Shown here: in pieces, positions 56,267-64,000 of the stretch | How positions within the stretch are numbered: the stretch's first letter is position 1 | Layout of the letters: each line of letters opens with the position of its first letter | NCBI GenBank assembly: GCA_041500985.1 | Contig: JBGQNE010000016.1 | Span: 3,372-67,371, forward strand | From: Terriglobia bacterium | GTDB lineage: Bacteria > Acidobacteriota > Terriglobia > Acidiferrales > UBA7541 | Length of the DNA: 64,000 bases | Direction of reading: 5' to 3' | The notes under the pieces: generated by a model | The model's input: the letters and a program-made list of their open reading frames with translations, nothing else | Told to the model about the DNA's origin: nothing | Databases searched by the model: none | Position numbers and translations under genes: made by a program

Positions 56267-58693
56267 ATGCCCCATTCTCTGGCCGTTCGCGCTCCCGCAC
56301 CCGGACAGTCCATCGCCCGGGTTGCCGAGGTGCTGGATGCGCTGGCCGCGCGCGACACGCGCGGAGAAATACTTACCGCCGTGCGCCACTTCCCCGCGCG
56401 CGAGGCGCAGTGGGCCGAGATGCCCGCGTGGACGCATGCCGATCTGGCCGCGGCTTATGCCGCCAAAGGCATTGCCCGGCTCTACAGCCATCAGGCGGCC
56501 GCGGCGGAGGCCGTCCGCGCGGGCAAAAACGTCGTGGTGGTCACGCCCACGGCTTCGGGCAAGACGCTGTGCTACAACCTGCCGGTGGTGAACGCGATTC
56601 TGGAAAACAGCGACACCCGCGCGCTCTATCTTTTCCCGACCAAGGCGCTGGCGCAGGACCAGTTGGCCGAGTTGCACGACCTGAATGAGCGGCTGGAGAA
56701 CCGCTTTGGCGTCTTCACCTACGACGGGGACACGCCCGGCGACGCGCGCAAAGCCATCCGCGAACTGGGGCACATCGTGCTGACCAATCCGGACATGCTG
56801 CACACGGGAATTCTGCCGCACCATACGCGCTGGACGCGCCTGTTCGAGAATTTGCGCTACGTCGTGCTGGACGAGCTGCACACCTACCGGGGCGTCTTTG
56901 GCAGCCACCTGGCCAACGTGCTGCGGCGGCTGCGGCGGGTGGCGCGATTTTACGGGCGGGAGCTGCAATTTATCTGCTCTTCGGCGACGATTGCCAACCC
57001 CGGAGAGCTGGCCGGGCGGCTGCTGGAATCGGAAGTGGAGGTGCTGGAGGCCAACGGAGCGCCGGCCGCGGAGAAGACTTTTGTGTTCTACAATCCGCCG
57101 GTGGTCAACCGGGCGCTGGGGATTCGCCGCAGCTATATCAACGAATCCTCGCGCGTAGCCCAGGAATTTCTGCGGCACGATTTGCAGACCATCGTCTTCG
57201 CCAACAGCCGCCTGCACACCGAACTGCTGCTCACCTACCTGCAGCAGGCCAATCCGCATGCGCCCGGCGGGGCGGAGAAGATTCGCGGCTATCGCGGCGG
57301 ATACCTTCCCGGCGAGCGGCGCGAGATCGAGCGCGGGCTGCGCGAGGGGCGCATCCGCGGCGTGGTCTCCACCAGCGCGCTGGAACTGGGGATTGACGTC
57401 GGCTCGCTGGATGCCGCGGTGCTGGCCGGATACCCCGGCACCATCGCTTCGACCTGGCAGCGCGCTGGACGCGCCGGGCGGCGCAGCGGCAGTTCCTGCG
57501 CGGTGCTGGTGGCCTCTTCGGCGCCGCTCGATCAGTTCATGGTGCGCAATCCGGACTATTTTTTCGGCAACACGCCGGAGCACGCCTTCATCCAGCCGGA
57601 CAATCTGGAAATCCTGATCAATCACCTGAAATGCGCGGCTTTCGAGCTGCCCATCCAGCCCGGCGAGCGCTTTGGCGAAGTGGACGTGCCGGATCTTTGC
57701 GCGCGGCTGGCCGAGGCGGGCTATTTGCACCGCGCGGGCGAGCACTGGCACTGGACGCACGAGGCTTATCCGGCGGACACGGTGAGCCTGCGCTCGGTCT
57801 CCAGCGACAATTTCGTGATCGTGGACATTACCGGGCAGCCCGAGGTGATCGGAGAGATTGACTTCACCAGCGCGCTGGACATGGTGCATCCCAAGGCGAT
57901 TTATCTGCACGGAGCGCAGCAGTACCACGTGGAGCATCTGGACTTCGACGAACGCAAGGCGTACGTGAAGAAGGTGGATTGTGATTATTACACCGACGCC
58001 ATCCGCTATACGCAGGTGCGCGTGCTGGATATCGCCGCGCAGGAGCGCTGCAAACACTCCGATAGTGCCTACACCCACGCCCACGGCGACGTCCTCGTGC
58101 GCTCGCAGGTGGTGGGCTTCAAGAAGATCAAATTTTTCACCAACGAAAACGTGGGCGCGGGACAGCTGGAACTTCCCGAAAACGAAATGCACACGACGGC
58201 CTGGTGGATTACGCTCGAGCGCGCGCTGCTGGAATCGCTGCCCTTCAGCATCAGCGAGCGGCAGAGCGGCATGTTCGGGCTGCTGCACGCGCTCGAGTCG
58301 GTGGCCACGCTGCTGCTGATGTGCGACGCGCGCGACCTGGGCACCTCCATCGGCGAGCGGCCCCCGTCGCCCGGCGCGGAGGGCGCGGACGAAGAGTTCA
58401 CTCCGCTGCGGTTGCAAGAGGCAGTGGCCGCGAACGCCAAGGAGTTTTTCGAGCCGAATCTCTATCTCTACGACGCTTATCCCGGCGGAATCGGCTTCTC
58501 CGAACCGCTCTTCCGCGTGCACGAGACGCTGCTGCGGCAGACGCGCGAGTTGATCGCGGGATGCGCCTGCGAGCAAGGCTGCCCTTCCTGCGTGGGCCCG
58601 GCGGGCGACCTCGCGCCGCGCGCCAAGGAGGCCGCGCTGGCTCTCCTGGATGCCCTATGCCGTTGCGGGAACGCGGCGGGGCGCGCGATTTGA
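56267..58693 (+). CDS. mrfA: DEAH-like helicase with DUF1998 (MrfA/YprA/Hrq1 family)
   Basis: LYSHQ, TPTASGKT, DELH, SAT, QRAGRAGRR, YDAYPGGIG, CACEQGCPSC. Confidence 0.93.
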   Translation: MPHSLAVRAPAPGQSIARVAEVLDALAARDTRGEILTAVRHFPAREAQWAEMPAWTHADLAAAYAAKGIARLYSHQAAAAEAVRAGKNVVVVTPTASGKTLCYNLPVVNAILENSDTRALYLFPTKALAQDQLAELHDLNERLENRFGVFTYDGDTPGDARKAIRELGHIVLTNPDMLHTGILPHHTRWTRLFENLRYVVLDELHTYRGVFGSHLANVLRRLRRVARFYGRELQFICSSATIANPGELAGRLLESEVEVLEANGAPAAEKTFVFYNPPVVNRALGIRRSYINESSRVAQEFLRHDLQTIVFANSRLHTELLLTYLQQANPHAPGGAEKIRGYRGGYLPGERREIERGLREGRIRGVVSTSALELGIDVGSLDAAVLAGYPGTIASTWQRAGRAGRRSGSSCAVLVASSAPLDQFMVRNPDYFFGNTPEHAFIQPDNLEILINHLKCAAFELPIQPGERFGEVDVPDLCARLAEAGYLHRAGEHWHWTHEAYPADTVSLRSVSSDNFVIVDITGQPEVIGEIDFTSALDMVHPKAIYLHGAQQYHVEHLDFDERKAYVKKVDCDYYTDAIRYTQVRVLDIAAQERCKHSDSAYTHAHGDVLVRSQVVGFKKIKFFTNENVGAGQLELPENEMHTTAWWITLERALLESLPFSISERQSGMFGLLHALESVATLLLMCDARDLGTSIGERPPSPGAEGADEEFTPLRLQEAVAANAKEFFEPNLYLYDAYPGGIGFSEPLFRVHETLLRQTRELIAGCACEQGCPSCVGPAGDLAPRAKEAALALLDALCRCGNAAGRAI

Positions 58694-58695
58694 GC

Positions 58696-60051
58696 ATGAG
58701 CCATCACGATAAATTCGCGCGCCTGGCCGCGCTCAAGCCCGCGCGGGCGGAAGGAGCGCGCCCGGCGGAGTTGCGCGCTCCGCAGGAAACCGACGCTCTG
58801 GCGCGCGCCCTGGGCGCCGCCGTGGCCACCAACCGCTACGGCGAACATCTCGCCGTGCGCACCTGGTTTTCCAGCCCGGAGTTTTCCGAGCCTTCGCCCG
58901 CGGCCCTGGAAATTCTCTCCCGCACCCGCGACGAAGCCGCCAGCCGCCGCACGCGCGCCGCGCTGGCTGACCCCGCGCAGTGGCTCTTCCTCGACACGGA
59001 AACCACCGGCCTCGCCGGCGGCACGGGCACCTACGCTTTTCTGGTGGGGATCGGCTGGTGGGACGCGGGAGGATTGCAGGTCGAGCAGTTTGTCCTGCGC
59101 GATTTCACCGAGGAATATTCGCTGCTGCAGGAGCTGGCCACGCGCATCGCCGAGCGCCCGGTGCTGGTGACCTTCAACGGCAAGAGCTTCGACTGGCCGC
59201 TGCTGCAAAGCCGCTACACCATGACCCGGGCCATCGCCGCGCCGCGCCTGGCCGCGCATCTGGACCTGCTGCATCCGGCGCGGGCGCTATGGAAGCTGCG
59301 GCTGGGCTCGGTGCGCCTGGCCGAACTCGAGCGCCACGTGCTGGACGCGCCGCGCCTCGGATGGCGCCGCGATCACGACGTTCCCTCGGCCCTGATTCCG
59401 CAGTTCTACTTCGACTATCTGCGCGGGGGCCCGGTCGAGCCGCTGGCCGGCGTGGCCCGGCATAATCAGATGGACCTGCGCGGACTGGCCGCCCTCTTTG
59501 GGAAAATTAACGAGATGCTTTCGGTCTCCGCCGGAGACGCGCCCGAAGCCCATAGCGTGGACCTCTTCGGGCTATCGCGCTATCTGGAGCGGCGCGGAGA
59601 ACCTGCCCGCGCCAATGCCGTGTGCACGCGGGCGCTGGAAAGCGGACTGCCCGCGGCCTTTCATCCCCTGGCGCAGCGCGACCTGGCCCTGCGCGCCCGG
59701 CGCGGCGCCGACTACAACACCGCGGCAACGCTGTGGGAAAAACTCGTCGCCGACCCGCGCGACGGCCTGCTGGCCTGCGAGCAGCTGGCCATTCATCACG
59801 AACGCCGCTCGCGCAACATCGAGCGCGCCGCGGAATTTGCCCGCCTGGGAATCCGCAAAGCGCAACTTCTCCGCAGCCAGAGGAACGTTAGTTGGTCCTC
59901 CGCGGAAGCAGCGGCGCGCGCAGCCCGCCTGGAAGAGAAATTTTCGGCGCGCCTGGCCCGGCTGGAGCAGCGCATCGCAAAAGGCCGAACGAGTGGGTGC
60001 GTTTCCCCGCCGCCCGCGAAAAACGGCAAAACAGCAAAGAGGGTTCGCTAG
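58696..60051 (+). CDS. mrfB: RNase H-like exonuclease with TPR-like C-terminus (MrfB/YprB family)
   Basis: FLDTETTGL, TFNGKSFD, HLDLLH, HNQMD; directly follows the helicase. Confidence 0.9.
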   Translation: MSHHDKFARLAALKPARAEGARPAELRAPQETDALARALGAAVATNRYGEHLAVRTWFSSPEFSEPSPAALEILSRTRDEAASRRTRAALADPAQWLFLDTETTGLAGGTGTYAFLVGIGWWDAGGLQVEQFVLRDFTEEYSLLQELATRIAERPVLVTFNGKSFDWPLLQSRYTMTRAIAAPRLAAHLDLLHPARALWKLRLGSVRLAELERHVLDAPRLGWRRDHDVPSALIPQFYFDYLRGGPVEPLAGVARHNQMDLRGLAALFGKINEMLSVSAGDAPEAHSVDLFGLSRYLERRGEPARANAVCTRALESGLPAAFHPLAQRDLALRARRGADYNTAATLWEKLVADPRDGLLACEQLAIHHERRSRNIERAAEFARLGIRKAQLLRSQRNVSWSSAEAAARAARLEEKFSARLARLEQRIAKGRTSGCVSPPPAKNGKTAKRVR

Positions 60052-60139
60052 AGGCGCGACAAGCTCGGCGAGATTTTCGGAGAGCACTGTCCCGAATTGA
60101 AACGAAGCCAATGCCCGCATGCGCACCTGTTCCGTTTTC

Positions 60140-60168
60140 TTAACAAGCCCAGCCCCTCCTGTTATATC
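60140..60168 (+). promoter_or_regulatory. Sigma70-like promoter of the XRE regulator
   Basis: TTAACA-17 nt-TATATC with an extended TG. Confidence 0.5.
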
Positions 60169-60211
60169 CTCACCGTAAATGCGAGAAATCACTGCAAAGG
60201 AAGAAAAGAAG

Positions 60212-61015
60212 ATGATCCACCCTGGTCTTCGTCTCCGGCAGGTTCGTGAACGGCTTGGACTCACGTATCGCGATGTAGAACGCGCCAGTTTTGAGCTGGC
60301 GGCGCGGCGCGGCAGGCCCGAATTTGTCCTGCGCATCAGCCGCCTCGCGGACATTGAAAACCACGCGGTCGTTCCCGGCCTGCACAAACTGTACACGCTG
60401 GCGGCGGTCTATCATCTCAGCCCGGTGGAAATCTCCGGCTGGTACGACGTGCCCCTGGCGGATTTTTTTCAGGACGGCTCCCTGCTGCCTTCCCCGCTCA
60501 CGCACCTAGCCGCGGCCCCCGCAACCATGCGCGTGCCCATGCGCTTTGATCCGGCGTTCAACCCGCAGCGGACGGAATTTCTCTCCCGCATGGTGGAACG
60601 CTGGGGGCGATGGGAAGGCGTGCTCTGCGGCGCGGATTCTTCCACTGCCTACGGTTATGTCGGACTCTCCGACCGGCGCATGGAACCACTGCTCCGCCCG
60701 GGGAGCGTCGTGCTGTTGGATACACGTGTACGCCGGATCGAAAATGGCGCCTGGCCCTCGGAATTCGACCGGCCCCTTTATTTTGTTGATGTTAGAACGG
60801 GATACCGCTGCGGGTGGTTCGCTCAGGAGGCCAGCCGGCTGATCCTGCACCCCCATCCGCTCTCGCGCTGCTCCCCGGAAACCTATCGCTTTCCCGAGGA
60901 TGCCGAGGTGGTCGGACGGGTCGTGGGCGTGGTCACGCGGCTGAATGAGGCCGCCGCGACTCTTTCCGCAAAATCTCCAGAAGCGCTCGAACATTCGAGC
61001 AGAAAAGCGTCTTGA
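60212..61015 (+). CDS. XRE HTH regulator with a degenerate S24/LexA-like C-terminal domain
   Basis: LRQVRERLGLTYRDV..LADIEN HTH; DRRMEPLLRPGSVVLLD and EVVGRVVGV; alternative start at 60179. Confidence 0.88.
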   Translation: MIHPGLRLRQVRERLGLTYRDVERASFELAARRGRPEFVLRISRLADIENHAVVPGLHKLYTLAAVYHLSPVEISGWYDVPLADFFQDGSLLPSPLTHLAAAPATMRVPMRFDPAFNPQRTEFLSRMVERWGRWEGVLCGADSSTAYGYVGLSDRRMEPLLRPGSVVLLDTRVRRIENGAWPSEFDRPLYFVDVRTGYRCGWFAQEASRLILHPHPLSRCSPETYRFPEDAEVVGRVVGVVTRLNEAAATLSAKSPEALEHSSRKAS

Positions 61016-61376
61016 GGTAGTCCGGGGAACCCTCCGGAATGAGCACGCGGTAGGATTCCATCTTCGTCCAATGGTCCACGGCGGAGGCCAATCCGCCCTC
61101 CATCCCCGCCAGACACGCCCGCAAATCGGTTTCCTGTGCCGCCAGGGACATCTCCAGAATCCTCTCGAAAAGTTCCTCATGGCAGCGGGCCAGGGCCTGC
61201 TGCACGGCCTCCTTGGGATAGAGGACTTCCAGCCCGGAATGTTCATAGGCGCCCGAGGAAAGGTCCCGCAGCGAAGCCACGTAGGTCAGGCGCGCAAACA
61301 TGCCGGGAATCGCGGCCAGCGTGGTGGAGGCGAAGTCGTGGATGATCCTGCGGTTCTGCTGAAGCTGCGTCATCAT
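60933..61376 (-). CDS. Hypothetical helical cytoplasmic protein
   Basis: ORF of ~147 aa with coding-like composition (RLTYVASLRD..YEHSGL); convergent overlap with the XRE gene; start uncertain. Confidence 0.8.
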   Translation of the reverse strand: MMTQLQQNRRIIHDFASTTLAAIPGMFARLTYVASLRDLSSGAYEHSGLEVLYPKEAVQQALARCHEELFERILEMSLAAQETDLRACLAGMEGGLASAVDHWTKMESYRVLIPEGSPDYLKTLFCSNVRALLEILRKESRRPHSAA

Positions 61377-61450
61377 CTCCACGGGGCGCTTTCCTCGTTG
61401 TGGACGTTCCACTTTCTGAACATTTTCTGAGAATCCCAAGCCAGAGACCT

Positions 61451-61486
61451 GTTGAACTTCATCCTTGCACGCAGGAGGAGTTCAAC
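61451..61486 (+). promoter_or_regulatory. Hairpin sequestering the SD of the peptide gene
   Basis: GTTGAACTTC-A-TCCT pairs with AGGAGGAGTTCAAC, ending 1 nt before the ATG. Confidence 0.7.
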
Positions 61487-61487
61487 C

Positions 61488-61715
61488 ATGACACGGCTTT
61501 CAAAAACAGTTGCTCTGTTTCTTCTTGTCGGGCTCATCGTACTACCAGTTGTTTCTTCGGTCAACACCGTTTCCAGTAATCTGGGGAACCAGCAAATGGC
61601 CGACGGATCGCCCTCTCCTCAACCCAAGCCGCCGGCGTCCGTCACGAATTCAGTATTTCTGCTAGCGGATGGATCTCCAAGCCCCCAACCCAAGCCGCCC
61701 GTACTCTCTGTCTAA
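61488..61715 (+). CDS. Secreted 75-aa multicore peptide precursor (2 x ADGSPSPQPKPP)
   Basis: AGGAGGAG SD; signal-peptide-like N-terminus; repeats at 61599-61634 and 61665-61700 identical in protein but different in 7 of 12 codons. Confidence 0.9.
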   Translation: MTRLSKTVALFLLVGLIVLPVVSSVNTVSSNLGNQQMADGSPSPQPKPPASVTNSVFLLADGSPSPQPKPPVLSV

Positions 61716-61732
61716 GAATTGTTTAATCTTCA

Positions 61733-61750
61733 GGGGGGGGCGAGCCCCCC
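61733..61750 (+). terminator. GC hairpin after the peptide gene (partial terminator or stabiliser)
   Basis: G8-CGAG-C6 without a U tract. Confidence 0.5.
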
Positions 61751-61824
61751 GTCATCCATTCAATGGATTCCAGTTGCGATTCCGGTTTACCGAACAGCAA
61801 CTCAGTGCTAACATTTGTACAGTT

Positions 61825-62613
61825 ATGCTTTACCTTTTATCCATACAGAATGTGGCGTGGGTTCTCAGCCAGACCGGAATTTCCGTTCTTCTCTTTTTCC
61901 TGTTCCGCAGCGGGAATTACAAAAAATATCCCCTTTTCACGAGCTACCAAATTGCCAATCTTGCGCAGGCTGCGGTTCTCCTGCTGACCTACCGCGCAGT
62001 TGGCCGGTCATCACACGAAGCCTTTCTTGCCTACTGGACCACGCAAGGATTCGTTCTGGCGCTACGAGGCTTGGCTGTGGCTGAACTCTGCCGTGGCATG
62101 CTGGGGCGCTTCACCGGAATCTGGACCCTGTCCTCGCGCGTTTTACTCGTTTGCACCGCGGGAATTATCGGGTATGCGGCGGCGGTCTCCGACTGGCGAG
62201 GAGATTGGGCGGTGACCGCAGCAAGCCGGGGGCTGGAACTGGCGGTCGCCGGCGTCGTAGTGACTCTCTTCCTTTTCTCCCACTATTACCAAGTGCCTTA
62301 TTCCCGGCAGAACCGGGCGCTGGCGGCCGGTTTTTGCATCTATTCGTGCACCGTGGTGCTACACAATACGTTCGGCAACACCGCTACACCGATTCTGTTT
62401 ATTCTTTACGACATCGCAGCCATGCTGGTCTTCTGCGTCTCGTTGACGATCTGGAGCCTGGCTCTGCGCTTCCCCGCTCCGGCGCAGGAGGAAATTCCCG
62501 CCCTGCTTGCCGACGACAGCTACCAGCAGCTTTCCCCGGCCATCAACGCGCGCTTGCGCATGCTGAACGACAGGCTGATTTCCGCCTGGAAAGTGGAGAC
62601 TCCTCAGCCATGA
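61825..62613 (+). CDS. Orphan ~7-TM membrane protein, candidate peptide receptor
   Basis: Seven hydrophobic segments in the first ~215 aa, then an amphipathic tail; no enzymatic output domain; start uncertain. Confidence 0.8.
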   Translation: MLYLLSIQNVAWVLSQTGISVLLFFLFRSGNYKKYPLFTSYQIANLAQAAVLLLTYRAVGRSSHEAFLAYWTTQGFVLALRGLAVAELCRGMLGRFTGIWTLSSRVLLVCTAGIIGYAAAVSDWRGDWAVTAASRGLELAVAGVVVTLFLFSHYYQVPYSRQNRALAAGFCIYSCTVVLHNTFGNTATPILFILYDIAAMLVFCVSLTIWSLALRFPAPAQEEIPALLADDSYQQLSPAINARLRMLNDRLISAWKVETPQP

Positions 62614-63167
62614 CCTGGACGATTCTCAGCTTTGTAGCCCTGGTGGGATTGCTGCTGGCGGTTCTCGCCTGGAGCATGCGCGAATCCCCGGAGGATTCGC
62701 CGGCCCGCATGAAACTGGTTCTCGGCACGAGCTCCCCGCTGCACAATGCGTTGTATTACCCGCAGGTGCGCCGGACGTTCAGCAAAGAGGATTGGAAATA
62801 TCTGCAGGAGCGGGGATCGCCAAAACTGGCCCGTCGCGCGCGCGTGGAGCGCCGGCGCGTGGCCCTCGATTACGTGAAGGCCATTCACCAGGATTTTCGC
62901 AGCCTGCTGCAGATCGCCCGGGTTCTTGCCGCGCTTTCTCCCAAAGTCGTGGCCGGTCAGGAAGCGGAGCGCTTCCGCCTGGCCGTGGAATTTGAATTAC
63001 GCTATCACGTCGTCCGCCTGCTGCTGCTTGCCGGGATCTCCCCGCAGTGGCAGCTTCTGAAGATCGTGCAGACCGTGGGAACCCTTTCGGCGCGGCTGGA
63101 TGCTGCGATCCTCGAAATGGGAGAACGGGCCAGCCAGGCCCTTCAGGAAACGGCCGGGGCGGCGTAA
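62610..63167 (+). CDS. N-terminally anchored helical membrane protein
   Basis: ATGA overlap with the 7-TM gene; MTWTILSFVALVGLLLAVLAW anchor; basic helical body. Confidence 0.82.
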   Translation: MTWTILSFVALVGLLLAVLAWSMRESPEDSPARMKLVLGTSSPLHNALYYPQVRRTFSKEDWKYLQERGSPKLARRARVERRRVALDYVKAIHQDFRSLLQIARVLAALSPKVVAGQEAERFRLAVEFELRYHVVRLLLLAGISPQWQLLKIVQTVGTLSARLDAAILEMGERASQALQETAGAA

Positions 63168-64000
63168 ACCTGGCGCAGGATTTCTTCCACCGCGGCGATC
63201 AGTTCCGTGGTCTTGAAAGGCTTCTGAAGAATTTGCACTCCTTGCCGTTCCCACTGGCTGCTGTTGCCGTCCAGGGGGGCCGCCGAACTCATCAGCACCA
63301 GGCGCTTGCCCATGACCGGCTGCCGCGCTTCCAGCCATTCAAAAAATCCCGCGCCGTTTTTGCGGTCGCCGAGCCGCAGGTCCGCCACGAGGACGTCAAA
63401 TTCGTTCTTGCCGAGAATCTCTTGCGCGCTTTCGGCGGTCTGTGCGGTCAGCACGGAGGAATAGCGGCTGCGCAGGATTTCGCTCACGGCCTCCAGCACG
63501 GATTCGTCGCGGTCCACGATCAGGATTCGCCCTTCCCTCGAGATGGGCGCGGGGGGCGGAGCGGCGGCCACTTCGGCGTTCTTTCCGGCATGCAGGGGAA
63601 GTTCAATGGAGAATGTAGCGCCCCGCGGCGGGGCGTTGTGCACGCGGATGGTGCCGCCGTGCTCGGTGACGATTCCGTAACAGATGCTCAAGCCCAGGCC
63701 GGTGCCCTTGCCCACGGGCTTGGTGGTGTAAAAAGGATCGAAGACGCGCAAGGGATCTTTCACGCCGGGTCCGCTGTCGGCAATTTCAATGACCACGCGC
63801 CCCCCTTCGGCCGCCGTGCGTATCCAGATGTCCCCTTCCGTGGAATTTTCCAGAATGGCGTCCAGGGCATTGTTGACCATATTGAGGAAGACCTGCTGCA
63901 TCTGGTGGGGGTCGGCGGAGGTGAGGGGCAGATTGGGGGCCAGATCGAGATGCAGGCGGATATTGCTGGAGCGCAGATCGTAGTCGCGCAGCGCCAGGGT
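63143..64000 (-). CDS. Hybrid histidine kinase, C-terminal part (HATPase-REC), truncated by the window edge
   Basis: QQVFLNMVNNA, DSGPG, FDPFYTTK, GTGLGL; REC with VLVAD and KPF. Confidence 0.93.
   Translation of the reverse strand, partial: TLALRDYDLRSSNIRLHLDLAPNLPLTSADPHQMQQVFLNMVNNALDAILENSTEGDIWIRTAAEGGRVVIEIADSGPGVKDPLRVFDPFYTTKPVGKGTGLGLSICYGIVTEHGGTIRVHNAPPRGATFSIELPLHAGKNAEVAAAPPPAPISREGRILIVDRDESVLEAVSEILRSRYSSVLTAQTAESAQEILGKNEFDVLVADLRLGDRKNGAGFFEWLEARQPVMGKRLVLMSSAAPLDGNSSQWERQGVQILQKPFKTTELIAAVEEILRQVYAAPAVS

Noticed and set aside
61599-61700. Two 36-bp repeats 66 bp apart, a CRISPR-like spacing
   Set aside because: Only two copies, differences are all synonymous in one reading frame, and there are no cas genes; it is a protein repeat
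1-64000. tRNA, rRNA, CRISPR array, integrase or transposase genes
   Set aside because: None recognised by eye; tRNAscan and Infernal were not run

Overview
GC-rich bacterial chromosomal segment. Gene content and intergenic palindromes suggest Acidobacteriota (inference). Most of it is housekeeping and metabolism: a sigma54 response regulator, ffs-dnaX-ybaB-recR, a heterodimeric ABC exporter next to lpxB, two aryl/acyl-CoA catabolic operons, two phosphofructokinases, a fused E1 2-oxoacid dehydrogenase, a TonB receptor/CusF/CrcB block, a Ser/Thr kinase, an FKBP and a MrfAB-like repair pair. One lower-GC insert carries an IetAS-type AAA ATPase plus S8 protease. The most interesting element is at 60.2-63.2 kb: a candidate peptide-signalling module I do not recognise from any described system. 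It has a secreted 75-aa precursor with two identical ADGSPSPQPKPP cores (7 of 12 codons differ, all synonymously) whose Shine-Dalgarno sits in a hairpin, an orphan 7-TM protein, a translationally coupled membrane-anchored partner, a divergent helical protein and an XRE regulator with an apparently non-catalytic S24 domain. Other signals missed by the ORF track: a UGA/SECIS selenoprotein (ArsC/Spx family, UxxC), a sigma54-promoted sRNA candidate behind the NtrC-type gene, a Cys-rich leader ORF ending in PASPPPR before the TonB receptor, a cluster-less Rieske-like domain on the kinase, and PaaR-like and LexA-like operators. All calls come from reading motifs by eye; no database searches were run.
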